DNA from: an uncultured Candidatus Saccharibacteria bacterium
Lineage (GTDB): Bacteria; Patescibacteriota; Minisyncoccia; Sungbacterales; HO2-52-23
DNA length: 64,000 nucleotides
Assembly: GCA_964585475.1 (NCBI GenBank)
Contig: CAZPDF010000004.1
Span: 23,169 to 87,168 of the forward strand
Reading direction: 5' to 3'
The notes under the pieces are model-generated. The model worked only from the letters and a program-made list of their open reading frames with translations. It made no database searches and was not told the origin of the DNA. The translations under genes and the position numbers were made by a program. This document shows, in pieces, positions 9,601-17,714 of this stretch. Position 1 is the first letter of the stretch; each line of letters opens with the position of its first letter.

Positions 9601-9760
9601 ATAAACTTGTAGCAATCAGGTGCTTCGGTCGCCAATGAGTAATCCTACAAAGATAAAAATCGATTGAACGAGATGTATTGTTACGTTTAAAATGAGATAA
9701 ATTTATGATTCTATTACTGCCGGAACCCGCTATTACATCAGAAATGATTTTCCTGCTCAT
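6668..9760 (-). CDS. Large surface protein with SdrD-B/Cna-like Ig repeats, an Fn3-like domain, a Gly linker and a C-terminal coiled coil
   Basis: Repeated GYKxxDxxGxG.WD.GEPGL.GW...DFGN units; N-terminal TM; poly-Gly. Confidence 0.8.
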   Translation of the reverse strand: MSRKIISDVIAGSGSNRIINLSHFKRNNTSRSIDFYLCRITHWRPKHLIATSLFITVAVFGAVLFSNNFVLADQHENGEAHDTISGYKFYDVNGNGGARDDGDQGIAGWEISLVDENGDEEDSANTNGEDYAYEFSDLSNGTFIVCETAEVNWTQTYPTENTSGAVECDENEDYAPWGWEVTVENGEVINGTESFDFGNTPKFGTITVQKFNDQDGDGAWDDGEPGVENINICLYPDDLADRFLDNLFSFFFPEGWEGQCKNTDPNGIVEWTGLPAGEYDVREGTEGEAPQGWISTTETSQGVELSPGENEEVLFGNRRSFVVVYKYDDDTGNVIPGWDVCLYEAVPVLDENGDSLLDEDGENTFTTGEIVECKETSSDEASNFRGAAVFSSEILQSPDEWHIIDEEERGGWRLENVDGYYERVVNRDLGQVLVWFGTNFFDDRGDTETYLYNRFNGGHIVVRKITNPDDAGESFNFSLTDHEDFALSGGDERTLDVAVGDYTITETVPEGWELSDISCEYDNESVGFAEPPNGKTVTVEEGDTVTCTFTNTDTSTELVGYKWEDLDGDGEWDKEEPALPGWNVALGLVTGPANEDGQVPIEIVALSLTGSDGKFVLPVTESGEYKVYEGNSDGWNATNPAPVVDSFFDITYRIGLPEQPPLVVDSFFDVFVELQPRLGRTITTDLSNNPLNFGNFHYPVITGHKWNDLNDDGVWDEGEPGLAEWPIALGQVMPQREGQEMIPIEIIALSLTGANGSYSLPVTQSGEYKVFEGNSDGWNATNPAPVVDSFFDITYRIDSSPDLNRASFFDVFVEIEISGQNVNTDANDHPLDFGNHQRVLVISEEVATEAEQTSVTIQWTTDFPGTSRVIYDTVSHPVLDSAPNYGYANSTATLDEDPKVTDHSVSVSGLAAGTTYFYRTISSASPESVGGEQSFTTPAPSSGGGGGGGGGGGGGGGIISGTALYMPDGTALFVPPASSGQVLGVTASREELIQEIRVKIAELKLKLIDLIRKRLAELEAELAALIASPN
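7377..7876. repeat. Exact 71-bp intragenic direct repeat (7377-7447 and 7806-7876)
   Basis: taagtaatgtcaaaaaatgaatc...ctatttccctc identical in both copies; encodes EGNSDGWNATNPAPVVDSFFDITY. Confidence 0.9.
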
Positions 9761-9902
9761 TAATTCGCGTTCCCCATTAAAACTGCCAAATTATTGAAGA
9801 AATAAGGCAATTTCTAAAAAAACGTCTAAATAAACATTATATTTGAGATAAGTTATGACACTTTCCCCATTTTAGCATAATAAAATAATTATGTCAAGGG
9901 CA

Positions 9903-10846
9903 TGTCGTGGTTCAATAGCTTGGAATACCCCTCTGGTAAGATATGGGTATGCCATACACATCAAATCCGCGTATAGAGCGCGTCCGCATGGAAGCGGTGC
10001 GCATGGTTCAAAAAGGACATAGTACTCCGGAGGTTGCCCGTCATTTCGGGTATTCACAAAGCGCGATTGTAAAATGGGTAGGACGCGCCCGCTATCTTCC
10101 TCAAAACGCGCACCTCATTCCAACCAGGTCCTCGCGTCCGCACCATCATCCGAATGAGCTGTCATCCTATCTTGTGTCCGAGATTCTCCGGTACAGGGCA
10201 GAACGAAATCAATGCGCAGAGATTCTGTATCATCGGCTTCTGACTGACGGACTTCGGGTAAGCCTTTCCTCGGTAAAGCGGGTGCTGAAACGATTCGGGT
10301 GCAGCCGGTATTCTCAATGGAAGAAGTGGCACCAGTATCCTCCACGGCCGCTTCCGGAAATGCCCGGTATTCTCGTAGAAATTGATTCGGTGCATGAAGG
10401 ACCGCCGCAAGACAGAGTAAGCGCGTTTGCCCTCATTGACGTGCATTCCCGCTGGGGATATGCGGAGCCGACATGGAGGGCGACGAGTCGGGCTGCGGCG
10501 CGGTTCGTATCTCATGCCAAAGGAACTGCTCCATTCCCATTTCGCACTATTCAAACAGACCACGGTTCAGAATTTTCAAAGTGGTTTACCAAAGTAGTTG
10601 AACACCATGGCGTTTCTCATCGACATTCAAGAGTACGCACACCCACTGACAATGCCCATGTGGAAAGGTTTATTCAGACGTTGCAGAAAGAATGCCTGCA
10701 CCGGATACCTAAGAACTTCCGTGCTTGGCAGAAAGAAATCCCTGAATTCCTGAATTACTACAACACCGAGAGGCCGCATATGTCATTGCAGTATCAAACT
10801 CCGTTACAATACTTAAAAACTATTCCAAGCTATTGATTAGAGAACA
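9903..10846 (+). mobile_element. Complete IS481-like insertion sequence (944 bp)
   Basis: TGT...ACA ends; IR core TCAATAGCTTGGAATA / TATTCCAAGCTATTGA; GGGCA duplicated at 9898-9902 and 10847-10851. Confidence 0.9.
9943..10836 (+). CDS. DDE transposase (HTH + integrase core, IS481-like)
   Basis: EIDS, QTDHGSEF, NAHVERFIQTLQKE, YYNTERPHMSL..TP. Confidence 0.93.
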   Translation: MGMPYTSNPRIERVRMEAVRMVQKGHSTPEVARHFGYSQSAIVKWVGRARYLPQNAHLIPTRSSRPHHHPNELSSYLVSEILRYRAERNQCAEILYHRLLTDGLRVSLSSVKRVLKRFGCSRYSQWKKWHQYPPRPLPEMPGILVEIDSVHEGPPQDRVSAFALIDVHSRWGYAEPTWRATSRAAARFVSHAKGTAPFPFRTIQTDHGSEFSKWFTKVVEHHGVSHRHSRVRTPTDNAHVERFIQTLQKECLHRIPKNFRAWQKEIPEFLNYYNTERPHMSLQYQTPLQYLKTIPSY

Positions 10847-11045
10847 GGGCATCACAGAGAAGGTAAACCGTACAATGATTAAGAGCCCATGGAAGACTAA
10901 ATACTAATTTTACCCAAGACGCGCGGATAGGTCAACTGTGCGCTTTAGATCACCCCGGGAGTACCAGATTTTGTCACATATTGCTTAACACTATATTTTA
11001 TAATACGCTGATCTTGGATGATCTTTCCAAAACGAAGGGGCAGAC

Positions 11046-11417
11046 ATGAATCAAGAAAATACCGAATATCTATTCAAGAATTTTCCTTTTTTCCATCCCG
11101 AAACTCCGTTGACGGAATCTCTCATGGCATTCGGGTTTGAGTGCGGAGATGGTTGGTTTATCCTAATCAAAGAGCTATGCGAAAAGCTGAAGGCCCTAAA
11201 GCTCAAAGATTTTAGGGTGGTCCAGGTTAAAGAAAAATACGGGGGGCTCCGTTTCTATACCGGTTCAATTGAAACCAAAAAGGCCGACGAAGTATTCCGC
11301 CTCATAGAAGAAGCCGGGGGAAAAAGTTATACTATTTGTGAAGCATGCGGCCAACCGGGCCAACCGAATGAAGATGGTTGGATAGCAACTCTCTGTGAAA
11401 GTTGTAGAAAAAAATAA
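11046..11417 (+). CDS. Conserved hypothetical protein with QVKEKYGGLRFY motif and C-terminal Zn ribbon
   Basis: GFECGDGW, QVKEKYGGLRFY, CEACG...TLCESC; followed by a terminator. Confidence 0.7.
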   Translation: MNQENTEYLFKNFPFFHPETPLTESLMAFGFECGDGWFILIKELCEKLKALKLKDFRVVQVKEKYGGLRFYTGSIETKKADEVFRLIEEAGGKSYTICEACGQPGQPNEDGWIATLCESCRKK

Positions 11418-11418
11418 C

Positions 11419-11440
11419 AGGCCACCGGGTGGCCTTTTTT
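11419..11440 (+). terminator. Intrinsic terminator
   Basis: aggccac-cgg-gtggcct + T6. Confidence 0.75.
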
Positions 11441-11473
11441 CTTACCACGCGGGTTCGGGCCATAACCGCTAAA

Positions 11474-11502
11474 TTGACAAAATACTTGTATGGCTGTATA
11501 AT
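11474..11502 (+). promoter_or_regulatory. Consensus sigma70 promoter
   Basis: TTGACA-17 bp-TATAAT, exact. Confidence 0.85.
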
Positions 11503-11584
11503 ATCCGGGACACACCGCTACGTTTGAAGTAGCGGCTGTGGGATGTTCTCTACAAAATCTCACTTGAGAAAGGGGGTGTACCCG

Positions 11585-13003
11585 ATGCTCTGGACCGTAG
11601 TATTTTCGGTTGTATCTGTTGCCGCGGCCGGCCTTCTCATCAAATTCCTGCTTGACCGATCAAGCCATCCGGCCGAGATCACGTGGCAGGAATTCGGCAT
11701 CGGCTTAGCCGTTGCCACGATCGTCATCTCCCCGCTGGTCGGCTGGGCAGGTTTCCGAGTGGCGCGTTCCAACAACGTCACCTTCACCGAATACTGGAAC
11801 GGTTGGGAACTTGAGGCAGTGAAGCAAGATATTTCCTGCACGCGTGACGGCTCCTGTAGCCGTACTTACGACTGCGATCCCTACCTCGTTCCGGTGTTCT
11901 ACCCATGCAACTGCGACGACAAGGGCAACTGCAGTACCTGCATGACGCTAGAAACCCGTTATCACTCTTGCCCCTACGCCACGGTGGAGTCAACCTATAC
12001 CATCCAGACGACGCTCGGCGACTACGAAATAGACGCTCACCGCTTTCCAGAAAACGCCCAGTCCCATCGCTGGCGCAAGTCCGTAGCAATCCCGCCGGGG
12101 CTTATCAGCCGGGTTGGCGAAGGCGCGCCGCCATTCTGGAGCGAGGCCAAAATCAGGATCGAGAGAAACGCTCCAGGTCCGGTTAGCACACGGAAGGACT
12201 ATGAGAACTATATTCTCGCGTCCGACCGCACGATCCTCAAGCAGTACTCAAGCGACATCGAGCGGCTCCGGCAGGCAAACCTCCTCCCGCCAATCGCATC
12301 CAGCATCCTCGATTTCTACCTTGCCGACAAAGTGGCATTTGTTGGATACAGGCCGGAGGATCCTGTTGCCTGGCAACGAGCGCTCCGCTACCTAAACGCC
12401 GCCCTCGGCTCCGAACTTCAAGGCGATCTCCATCTCGTGATCGTCGGCGATCCTTCTGCCAACCAGAATCCAGACGTTTATGCTCTGGCCCTCCGGGCAT
12501 ACTGGCAGAACCGCTCGGTCTTCGAGAAAAACTGCCTTGCCAAAAACGGCATAGTCGTAGTCGTTGGCACCGCCGACAACAAAACCACGTCCTGGGCGCG
12601 GGCCTTCACCGGCATGCCAATGGGAAATGAGGCGCTAACGGTTGCCATCCGAAATGAACTCAAGGCACAGCCGCTTACGCCCGAGCGCATCTTAGGAGGG
12701 GTGCGCGGAGAGTTTCGTTTAAGCAACGGCAAAAAGGATGTACAAGGACTCCACGGGAAAGGCGCAATCGAGCGCATCCTCTGGGGCCTTGATGAACCCG
12801 CCACAAAGTTTACCCGTATCAGCATGCGGGCGGACGATCCCGGCGGAGTCGGAAGCGGATATCTCTATCTCTTGGGAGAGGTAGAGCTCACCTCCAAGCA
12901 ACTGGCCGCCATCGCCTTTCTCGAATTTCTGGCATCGCTCGGCGTATGGCTTGCCGCGGCGCTCATCGGAGAACGCCGCAAACGCTCCCGGGCAGGAAAC
13001 TGA
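11585..13003 (+). CDS. Membrane protein with Cys-rich extracytoplasmic insert and TPM-like domain
   Basis: Two N-terminal TMs, C-x4-C-x5-C...CNC..C..C, AKNGIVVVVG motif, C-terminal TM; SD AAGGGGGT before ATG 11585. Confidence 0.7.
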   Translation: MLWTVVFSVVSVAAAGLLIKFLLDRSSHPAEITWQEFGIGLAVATIVISPLVGWAGFRVARSNNVTFTEYWNGWELEAVKQDISCTRDGSCSRTYDCDPYLVPVFYPCNCDDKGNCSTCMTLETRYHSCPYATVESTYTIQTTLGDYEIDAHRFPENAQSHRWRKSVAIPPGLISRVGEGAPPFWSEAKIRIERNAPGPVSTRKDYENYILASDRTILKQYSSDIERLRQANLLPPIASSILDFYLADKVAFVGYRPEDPVAWQRALRYLNAALGSELQGDLHLVIVGDPSANQNPDVYALALRAYWQNRSVFEKNCLAKNGIVVVVGTADNKTTSWARAFTGMPMGNEALTVAIRNELKAQPLTPERILGGVRGEFRLSNGKKDVQGLHGKGAIERILWGLDEPATKFTRISMRADDPGGVGSGYLYLLGEVELTSKQLAAIAFLEFLASLGVWLAAALIGERRKRSRAGN

Positions 13004-13052
13004 TTCAGTCGCCTGCAGTTAACGCTTCGGGTCCTTGAAAGGAGAGTTCGCC

Positions 13053-13688
13053 GTGAAGAAGAATCTCATCATCGCTCTCGTGGTAATCATGGCTCTGGTC
13101 GTAGCCAGTTTCAGTTTATACGGCTACCTCAACGGCCTCCGCACGGAGTCGGTTCACCAGGAGACGGCGCTGAACGCCCAGTACCTGGCGAACCAGAACT
13201 ACCTCTCGGCTTTCCTCTCCGGCTTCTATGAGCAGCTCGGCATCGCGAAGTACAAGTCCGAGAAGCTCAACGAGATCATCACGGACTACGTGAAGGGACG
13301 CAGCTTCGCCCAAGGCGGCAAGTCGGAACGAGCCGGGTTCATCAACGTAGTCGTCGAGGCGGTTCCCAACATCGGGAAGCTAGATATCCTCGACAAGATG
13401 ATGGACTACGTTGCCGCCCAACGCGAGGGGTATCGCGCCGCGCAGGACAAACAGCTCGACATGCTCCGCCACTACGATGACTGGCGCCAGGACGGCTACG
13501 TGCAGTCCTTCGTGGTCGCCAAGATCATAGGAGTCCCGACAAGGCGCCTCCAAGCCAGTATCGGCATCGAGTTGACGCGCGGGGCGGAAGCGCGGGAGCA
13601 GATGTACCGCATCGTCCTCGCCTCCCAAGCACGTGATGCCTATCGGACAGGCACCATGGAGCCGCTGAACGTCCCGACGAAACCCTAG
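13053..13688 (+). CDS. Divergent LemA-like membrane-anchored helical protein
   Basis: GTG start after AAAGGAG; N-terminal TM; EAVPNI...YDDW...VAKIIG in register with LemA ENYPDL...YNTM...IAQSFG. Confidence 0.65.
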   Translation: MKKNLIIALVVIMALVVASFSLYGYLNGLRTESVHQETALNAQYLANQNYLSAFLSGFYEQLGIAKYKSEKLNEIITDYVKGRSFAQGGKSERAGFINVVVEAVPNIGKLDILDKMMDYVAAQREGYRAAQDKQLDMLRHYDDWRQDGYVQSFVVAKIIGVPTRRLQASIGIELTRGAEAREQMYRIVLASQARDAYRTGTMEPLNVPTKP

Positions 13689-13709
13689 TCATCAGGTCCG
13701 AAACAACTT

Positions 13710-13748
13710 GAGCCGCCGTGCGCAATGCCGGCGGCTCGTTTATTTTTA
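13710..13748 (+). terminator. Intrinsic terminator
   Basis: gagccgccg-loop-cggcggctc + T-rich tail. Confidence 0.7.
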
Positions 13749-13809
13749 TGTAAATTAAATTGCCTTTGAACTAGTTTAGAACCTATCTCAAAAATTCCAA
13801 AAAGTAGTT

Positions 13810-13872
13810 CCTGAGCTTGTCGAAGGATTACTTTTTGGCTTACTCATGGGGTATGCCTTCGACAAGCTCAGG
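13810..13872. repeat. Inverted pair of REP-like repeats
   Basis: cctgagcttgtcgaagg ... ccttcgacaagctcagg, perfect 17-bp IR; related copy gtgagcctgtcgaac near 23623. Confidence 0.75.
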
Positions 13873-13908
13873 CAATAATTGAACTTTGAGATGACCTCTA
13901 ATCTGATT

Positions 13909-14802
13909 CTAATCAAAAATAGATACAAGATACTTATCAATTTCGCGCTGCTCAAGATCGTAGAAAAATTTACCCTCATTATGCAATTTCTCTGCCAAAC
14001 TTCTCCCGACAAATCTCCAATGCCACGGCTCAAATCGGTAATAGGCGTTATTTTTCGGATACGAGAGTATAAAACCATATTTATACGCCTCCGCCGCAAG
14101 CCATTGAAAGGTCTGCGTTTTTTCAAAAGCTGAAAAATTAGCTCCCAATTTCGCAGTTGTAAAATCCACGGTCGTGCCTAGCTGATGTTCGGAATACCCC
14201 TGATCCGCCGAAAATTTATTTGCAGTGCCCGCCCCGTAAACCACGGTGTAGGATGATTTTAATTCGGACTGCGTTCCGAACGATCGGTATGCTGAAATTA
14301 TTCGGATATCAACATTGCTTGAAGTTGCGACATCCAATAAAATTTTTAAGAAAGGCTCGATACCCCCGTGCATTAGCATCTCCTTTTTGGGGTCAAAAGT
14401 ATATTTTGGATCAATCGGCGTAAGTTTGGGCGGAATGTAATGCTCGTTAAGAAAATATACTTTTGAATATTTTTGCAGGAGTTGCGGGTCCGTTTTGCTA
14501 AGTTTAACCAGCGTCCCGACGTTGCCCGCGATGTCTTTGACCTGTGCTGCGAAAGTGTCCACCCTGTATTTCTCGTCCAGAAGTTGAAGTTCAAGGGTCT
14601 CCCTCGCTTTTTTGGTACTCGCAAGCTCCTGCCGTAGAAACCCAACCGCCTTTTGGTTGCTCTCGAGGAACTCTTTCTCAAGCGACAATCCATACTGCGT
14701 GAAGAGATAATAATGATATCCTAAAATCGAAAAGCCGCCCATACATAATATAAGGATGGACAGAATCAAGCGCATTCTTATATGTATACGTGGCGCTTTC
14801 AT
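13909..14802 (-). CDS. D-alanyl-D-alanine carboxypeptidase (M15B/VanY family)
   Basis: SAYRS, SEHQLGTTVD, YGFILSYP, EPWHWRFVG; N-terminal TM and coiled coil. Confidence 0.9.
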   Translation of the reverse strand: MKAPRIHIRMRLILSILILCMGGFSILGYHYYLFTQYGLSLEKEFLESNQKAVGFLRQELASTKKARETLELQLLDEKYRVDTFAAQVKDIAGNVGTLVKLSKTDPQLLQKYSKVYFLNEHYIPPKLTPIDPKYTFDPKKEMLMHGGIEPFLKILLDVATSSNVDIRIISAYRSFGTQSELKSSYTVVYGAGTANKFSADQGYSEHQLGTTVDFTTAKLGANFSAFEKTQTFQWLAAEAYKYGFILSYPKNNAYYRFEPWHWRFVGRSLAEKLHNEGKFFYDLEQREIDKYLVSIFD

Positions 14803-15029
14803 GTCGTGAAATTCTCGATTTCAAGCACTTTCAACCGAGATGTAGATCCGGATAAAATCCGCATCGCCGATTTTGGGACGCCAAAATACTCGCTAACCGC
14901 TTCCAACACCGCCATATTTGCCCTTCCCTCCCTAGGCGGTTCTTTAACCCATATCTCCAAATGCGTGCCGTCAACTTTTTTAATTTTCCGTTCTCTTGCG
15001 CCGGGTTTTACCTTAATGAAGAGTTTCAT
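14799..15029 (-). CDS. DUF167 (YggU-like) protein
   Basis: VKPGAR, PPREGRAN, ILSGSTSRLK. Confidence 0.88.
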   Translation of the reverse strand: MKLFIKVKPGARERKIKKVDGTHLEIWVKEPPREGRANMAVLEAVSEYFGVPKSAMRILSGSTSRLKVLEIENFTT

Positions 15030-15092
15030 AGACCCCTAATAAAATCATGTTAGCATGGACACAAAAAAATCTTAAATCGAAATCAAACTGAT

Positions 15093-15118
15093 AAAAAATA
15101 GCACAAGCCGTGCTATTT
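15093..15118 (-). terminator. Terminator-like hairpin AAATAGCAC-N5-GTGCTATTT
   Basis: IR followed by T6 on the minus strand; the same arms recur at 18189-18211. Confidence 0.6.
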
Positions 15119-15151
15119 GATCAATACCACGTTTAGCTACTCCATATCTCC

Positions 15152-16369
15152 CTAATTCATCTTTCGTATGACGGAGAGCGCCGTATCGTGGAGCATTTTT
15201 GATACGTTGCTTAGCATCTCAAGAGTTTGCCGCTGCTGCTGAAGCTTATTTTGAAGGTCAATATTCGCAAGCTGGGCGTCGTCCCCGACACTGCTTAATT
15301 TAACCTGTGTCTGCATGGTTTGTTTAACGCCTTCAGTCCCTTTTTCAACGCTCTTCTGAATATCGGGTACGCTTAGGGGGTTCTTGAATAAGAAGCGAAA
15401 CCAGGGGTATTTAACCTTAACCCTTGATTCCGAATCAACTTCTATACGCGCGGTAAGCGATGAATTGAATATACCAAGAAACTTTGCCGGCATCCTATAA
15501 TTCAACCGCACCCCTTCCTCGCCTATGACGACTGATTCCGCATTCTCGTCTTGCAGGAGCACTCCGCGGGCGAAATTTTCAAGATCCTGTGAGGATTTGG
15601 CTTGAGCGTGCTCCTTTATGCTTTCGAGGAACTCCTTTTTCTTTTCCGGATCCCAACCGCGCACCTCAACCGATTTAACTTGAATGATTGTGCTCAGACG
15701 CGGCTCAAAATTTTTCAAATTATCCTCGCTCTCGCCCCCGGGCGCAATAATGCCGCCGCCGGTTGACCCTCCGGTGGCAGGGGGCACGCAAATCCATTTG
15801 CCGTCTCGGCATTCGGGAGTATTCGGAACTTCGCAGGCCGGCGCTATGTTGCCGGGGCAGGCCGCTCCGCGCGCCGCTCCGCCCGCGCCGCATGAGCGAA
15901 TACAGGCCTCATATCCTGCCGAACCACTGCCGCCATATTGATCCCGGCACCTCGCTTGGCATGCCGCTAAGGTAGACACCGCTGGCTCCAGTTCTCGCGC
16001 CGTTTCACCTCCGCTGGTTTCTGTGGTACCGGAAACCGGAGCCCGCCGTATAAAATCCAGATTGGATTGGTTATTTTGATAAATAGAATCTGCTTCGTTA
16101 GCAGGCGTAGGCGCCCATTGGATAACTCTGTTGGATTCTTTGCCGCAGGCCCAGTGGTCTCCGCCGATAGGATTGCACATCATCGTATAACCGGACGGGC
16201 AGGAAAGAGCGGGCTTGGGCTGAGAGTCGCAATTTGTCCTAAGATCGGCCGTGTTTACGTACGATTTGACCGCCTCCGCCTGAAATTCCATGGTGTCCAG
16301 AGTTTGTCCGAAAACCGGATATACTGCAGCGGCAAGAAGAATAAACGTTATAATGCAAGTATTTTTCAT
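15152..16369 (-). CDS. Secreted Cys-rich mosaic protein of unknown function
   Basis: Signal peptide, three small disulfide modules, AKFLGIF...KYPWF domain, C-terminal helix ...SNVSKMLHDTALSVIRKMN. Confidence 0.75.
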   Translation of the reverse strand: MKNTCIITFILLAAAVYPVFGQTLDTMEFQAEAVKSYVNTADLRTNCDSQPKPALSCPSGYTMMCNPIGGDHWACGKESNRVIQWAPTPANEADSIYQNNQSNLDFIRRAPVSGTTETSGGETARELEPAVSTLAACQARCRDQYGGSGSAGYEACIRSCGAGGAARGAACPGNIAPACEVPNTPECRDGKWICVPPATGGSTGGGIIAPGGESEDNLKNFEPRLSTIIQVKSVEVRGWDPEKKKEFLESIKEHAQAKSSQDLENFARGVLLQDENAESVVIGEEGVRLNYRMPAKFLGIFNSSLTARIEVDSESRVKVKYPWFRFLFKNPLSVPDIQKSVEKGTEGVKQTMQTQVKLSSVGDDAQLANIDLQNKLQQQRQTLEMLSNVSKMLHDTALSVIRKMN

Positions 16370-16437
16370 AAATTGAATGTAGACGAATTATCCATACTCA
16401 ACTATATACTTAAAACGTCAATAAGTAAACTTATTTT

Positions 16438-16812
16438 ACAACATACCAACATTCTCAAGTTTGTAAGGATGTTGTTATATACGTTGGAATGATTTAAGAA
16501 AGCTGACAAATGTTTTGCCGTATGGCGAAAGAGTGTGCTCCACGAATTTACCGCGGTATTTTTTATTGATAAGCCCAGCCTGATAGAGGCGTCTCGTATG
16601 CTCGCCCAAGGTTTTCTCATTTGCCTCTAGCGCCTTGACGATATCCTCAAGGGTTATGCCCTCGCTCTCCGCAATCAAAAGCAATATCTCAATGCGGTAA
16701 TGATTTGCCATACCCTTGAGGTGCCGCTCCATTTGTTTTGCCGTCTTCACTTTCCCCATATTTACATTATGCACATAACATCCTTACATTCTCAAGTTTG
16801 TAAGGATGTTTA
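16438..16812. repeat. Two 38-bp palindromic sites in direct orientation flanking the ArsR gene
   Basis: Identical 25-mer acattctcaagtttgtaaggatgtt at 16449-16473 and 16786-16810; 14-bp arms with a 10-bp asymmetric core. Confidence 0.85.
16475..16759 (-). CDS. ArsR/SmtB-family winged-helix regulator
   Basis: KGMANHYRIEILLLI...TLGEHTRRLYQAGLI pattern. Confidence 0.85.
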   Translation of the reverse strand: MGKVKTAKQMERHLKGMANHYRIEILLLIAESEGITLEDIVKALEANEKTLGEHTRRLYQAGLINKKYRGKFVEHTLSPYGKTFVSFLKSFQRI

Positions 16813-17128
16813 TTTTGGCGGCTAAGATAAAGTCATTCTCAGAGAGGCCGCCGATAGCATGAGTCCAGGATTCGAGCACCACGCAATTGTAGAAAATGTG
16901 GAAATCCGGATGATGCCCTTCCTCCTCTGCCAATTCCGCGACTTTACCCACAAAGACAATTGCTTCTTTAAAACTTTTAAATTTAAATTCTCTTTTTATC
17001 TTTTTCCCATCCTCCATAATCTCCCAGCCGGGGGTTTCTTTGAGATAGTCCCCTGCCTGCATTTTGTTCAGAGGCGGAACTCCGCCCTCACAAGGAACGC
17101 ATTTTTTTTGGATAAGACCGTGGCCCAT
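16784..17128 (-). CDS. Pterin-4-alpha-carbinolamine dehydratase (PhhB-like)
   Basis: KKCVPCEGG, EEEGHHPD, WTHAIGGLSENDFILAAKI; start reassigned to ATG 17128. Confidence 0.92.
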   Translation of the reverse strand: MGHGLIQKKCVPCEGGVPPLNKMQAGDYLKETPGWEIMEDGKKIKREFKFKSFKEAIVFVGKVAELAEEEGHHPDFHIFYNCVVLESWTHAIGGLSENDFILAAKINILTNLRM

Positions 17129-17240
17129 AATGCTTGATCTTAGATTGAATACACCTGAATTATGCACTAAAACATTGACAGGACAAGGCGGATTTACAGA
17201 CAAGATATATAGTGGTATACTGAATGAAATAAGAACTACT

Positions 17241-17558
17241 ATGGAAGGCAGAAGAGAAAAAATTGAACCGGTTATGGAAGGAAAGGTTGCAAAAATGCGA
17301 ATTCCTGATGCCGACATGCAGGGCTGGATTGAGTCACTGCGCGAAGGCAACTTGGATGATAGGGAAATTGACGAAATCCTCTCTCATCTGAATCCTACAT
17401 ATAAAGAGCAAAACTTTTCTCCGCGCATGAAAGAGTCGCTCAAGGAATTCGTAACCCTGATCGAAGAATCAGCCGGCAGAAAACTTACTCCCGAGGAGCG
17501 GACCAAAATTGTAGAAAAGCTAAAATCGTCCTGGCACCAGTCCACCCAGGAACACTGA
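17241..17558 (+). CDS. Hypothetical charged helical protein
   Basis: Open frame with natural composition from ATG 17241; no motif recognised. Confidence 0.55.
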   Translation: MEGRREKIEPVMEGKVAKMRIPDADMQGWIESLREGNLDDREIDEILSHLNPTYKEQNFSPRMKESLKEFVTLIEESAGRKLTPEERTKIVEKLKSSWHQSTQEH

Positions 17559-17714
17559 ACGACCATTTTCTTTATTTTTCCGATTAAAAAGCATGGCTTG
17601 AGCGACGCTTTTTTTCAGCTCCGGCGGCAGGATTTTCGCTGTATAAAAAATACCGCAGGCGCTGGACCGTGCGATTTGATTTTGCCGATAAAACTCTCTT
17701 TGTTAATAATGGTA

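Noticed and set aside
15096-15118. TAGCAC...GTGCTA as a CIRCE (HrcA) operator
   Set aside because: CIRCE is TTAGCACTC-N9-GAGTGCTAA; arms and spacing do not fit and no chaperone genes follow.
17129-17350. N-terminal extension of the pterin dehydratase ORF
   Set aside because: It overlaps the divergent ORF, and family similarity begins only at Met 17128.
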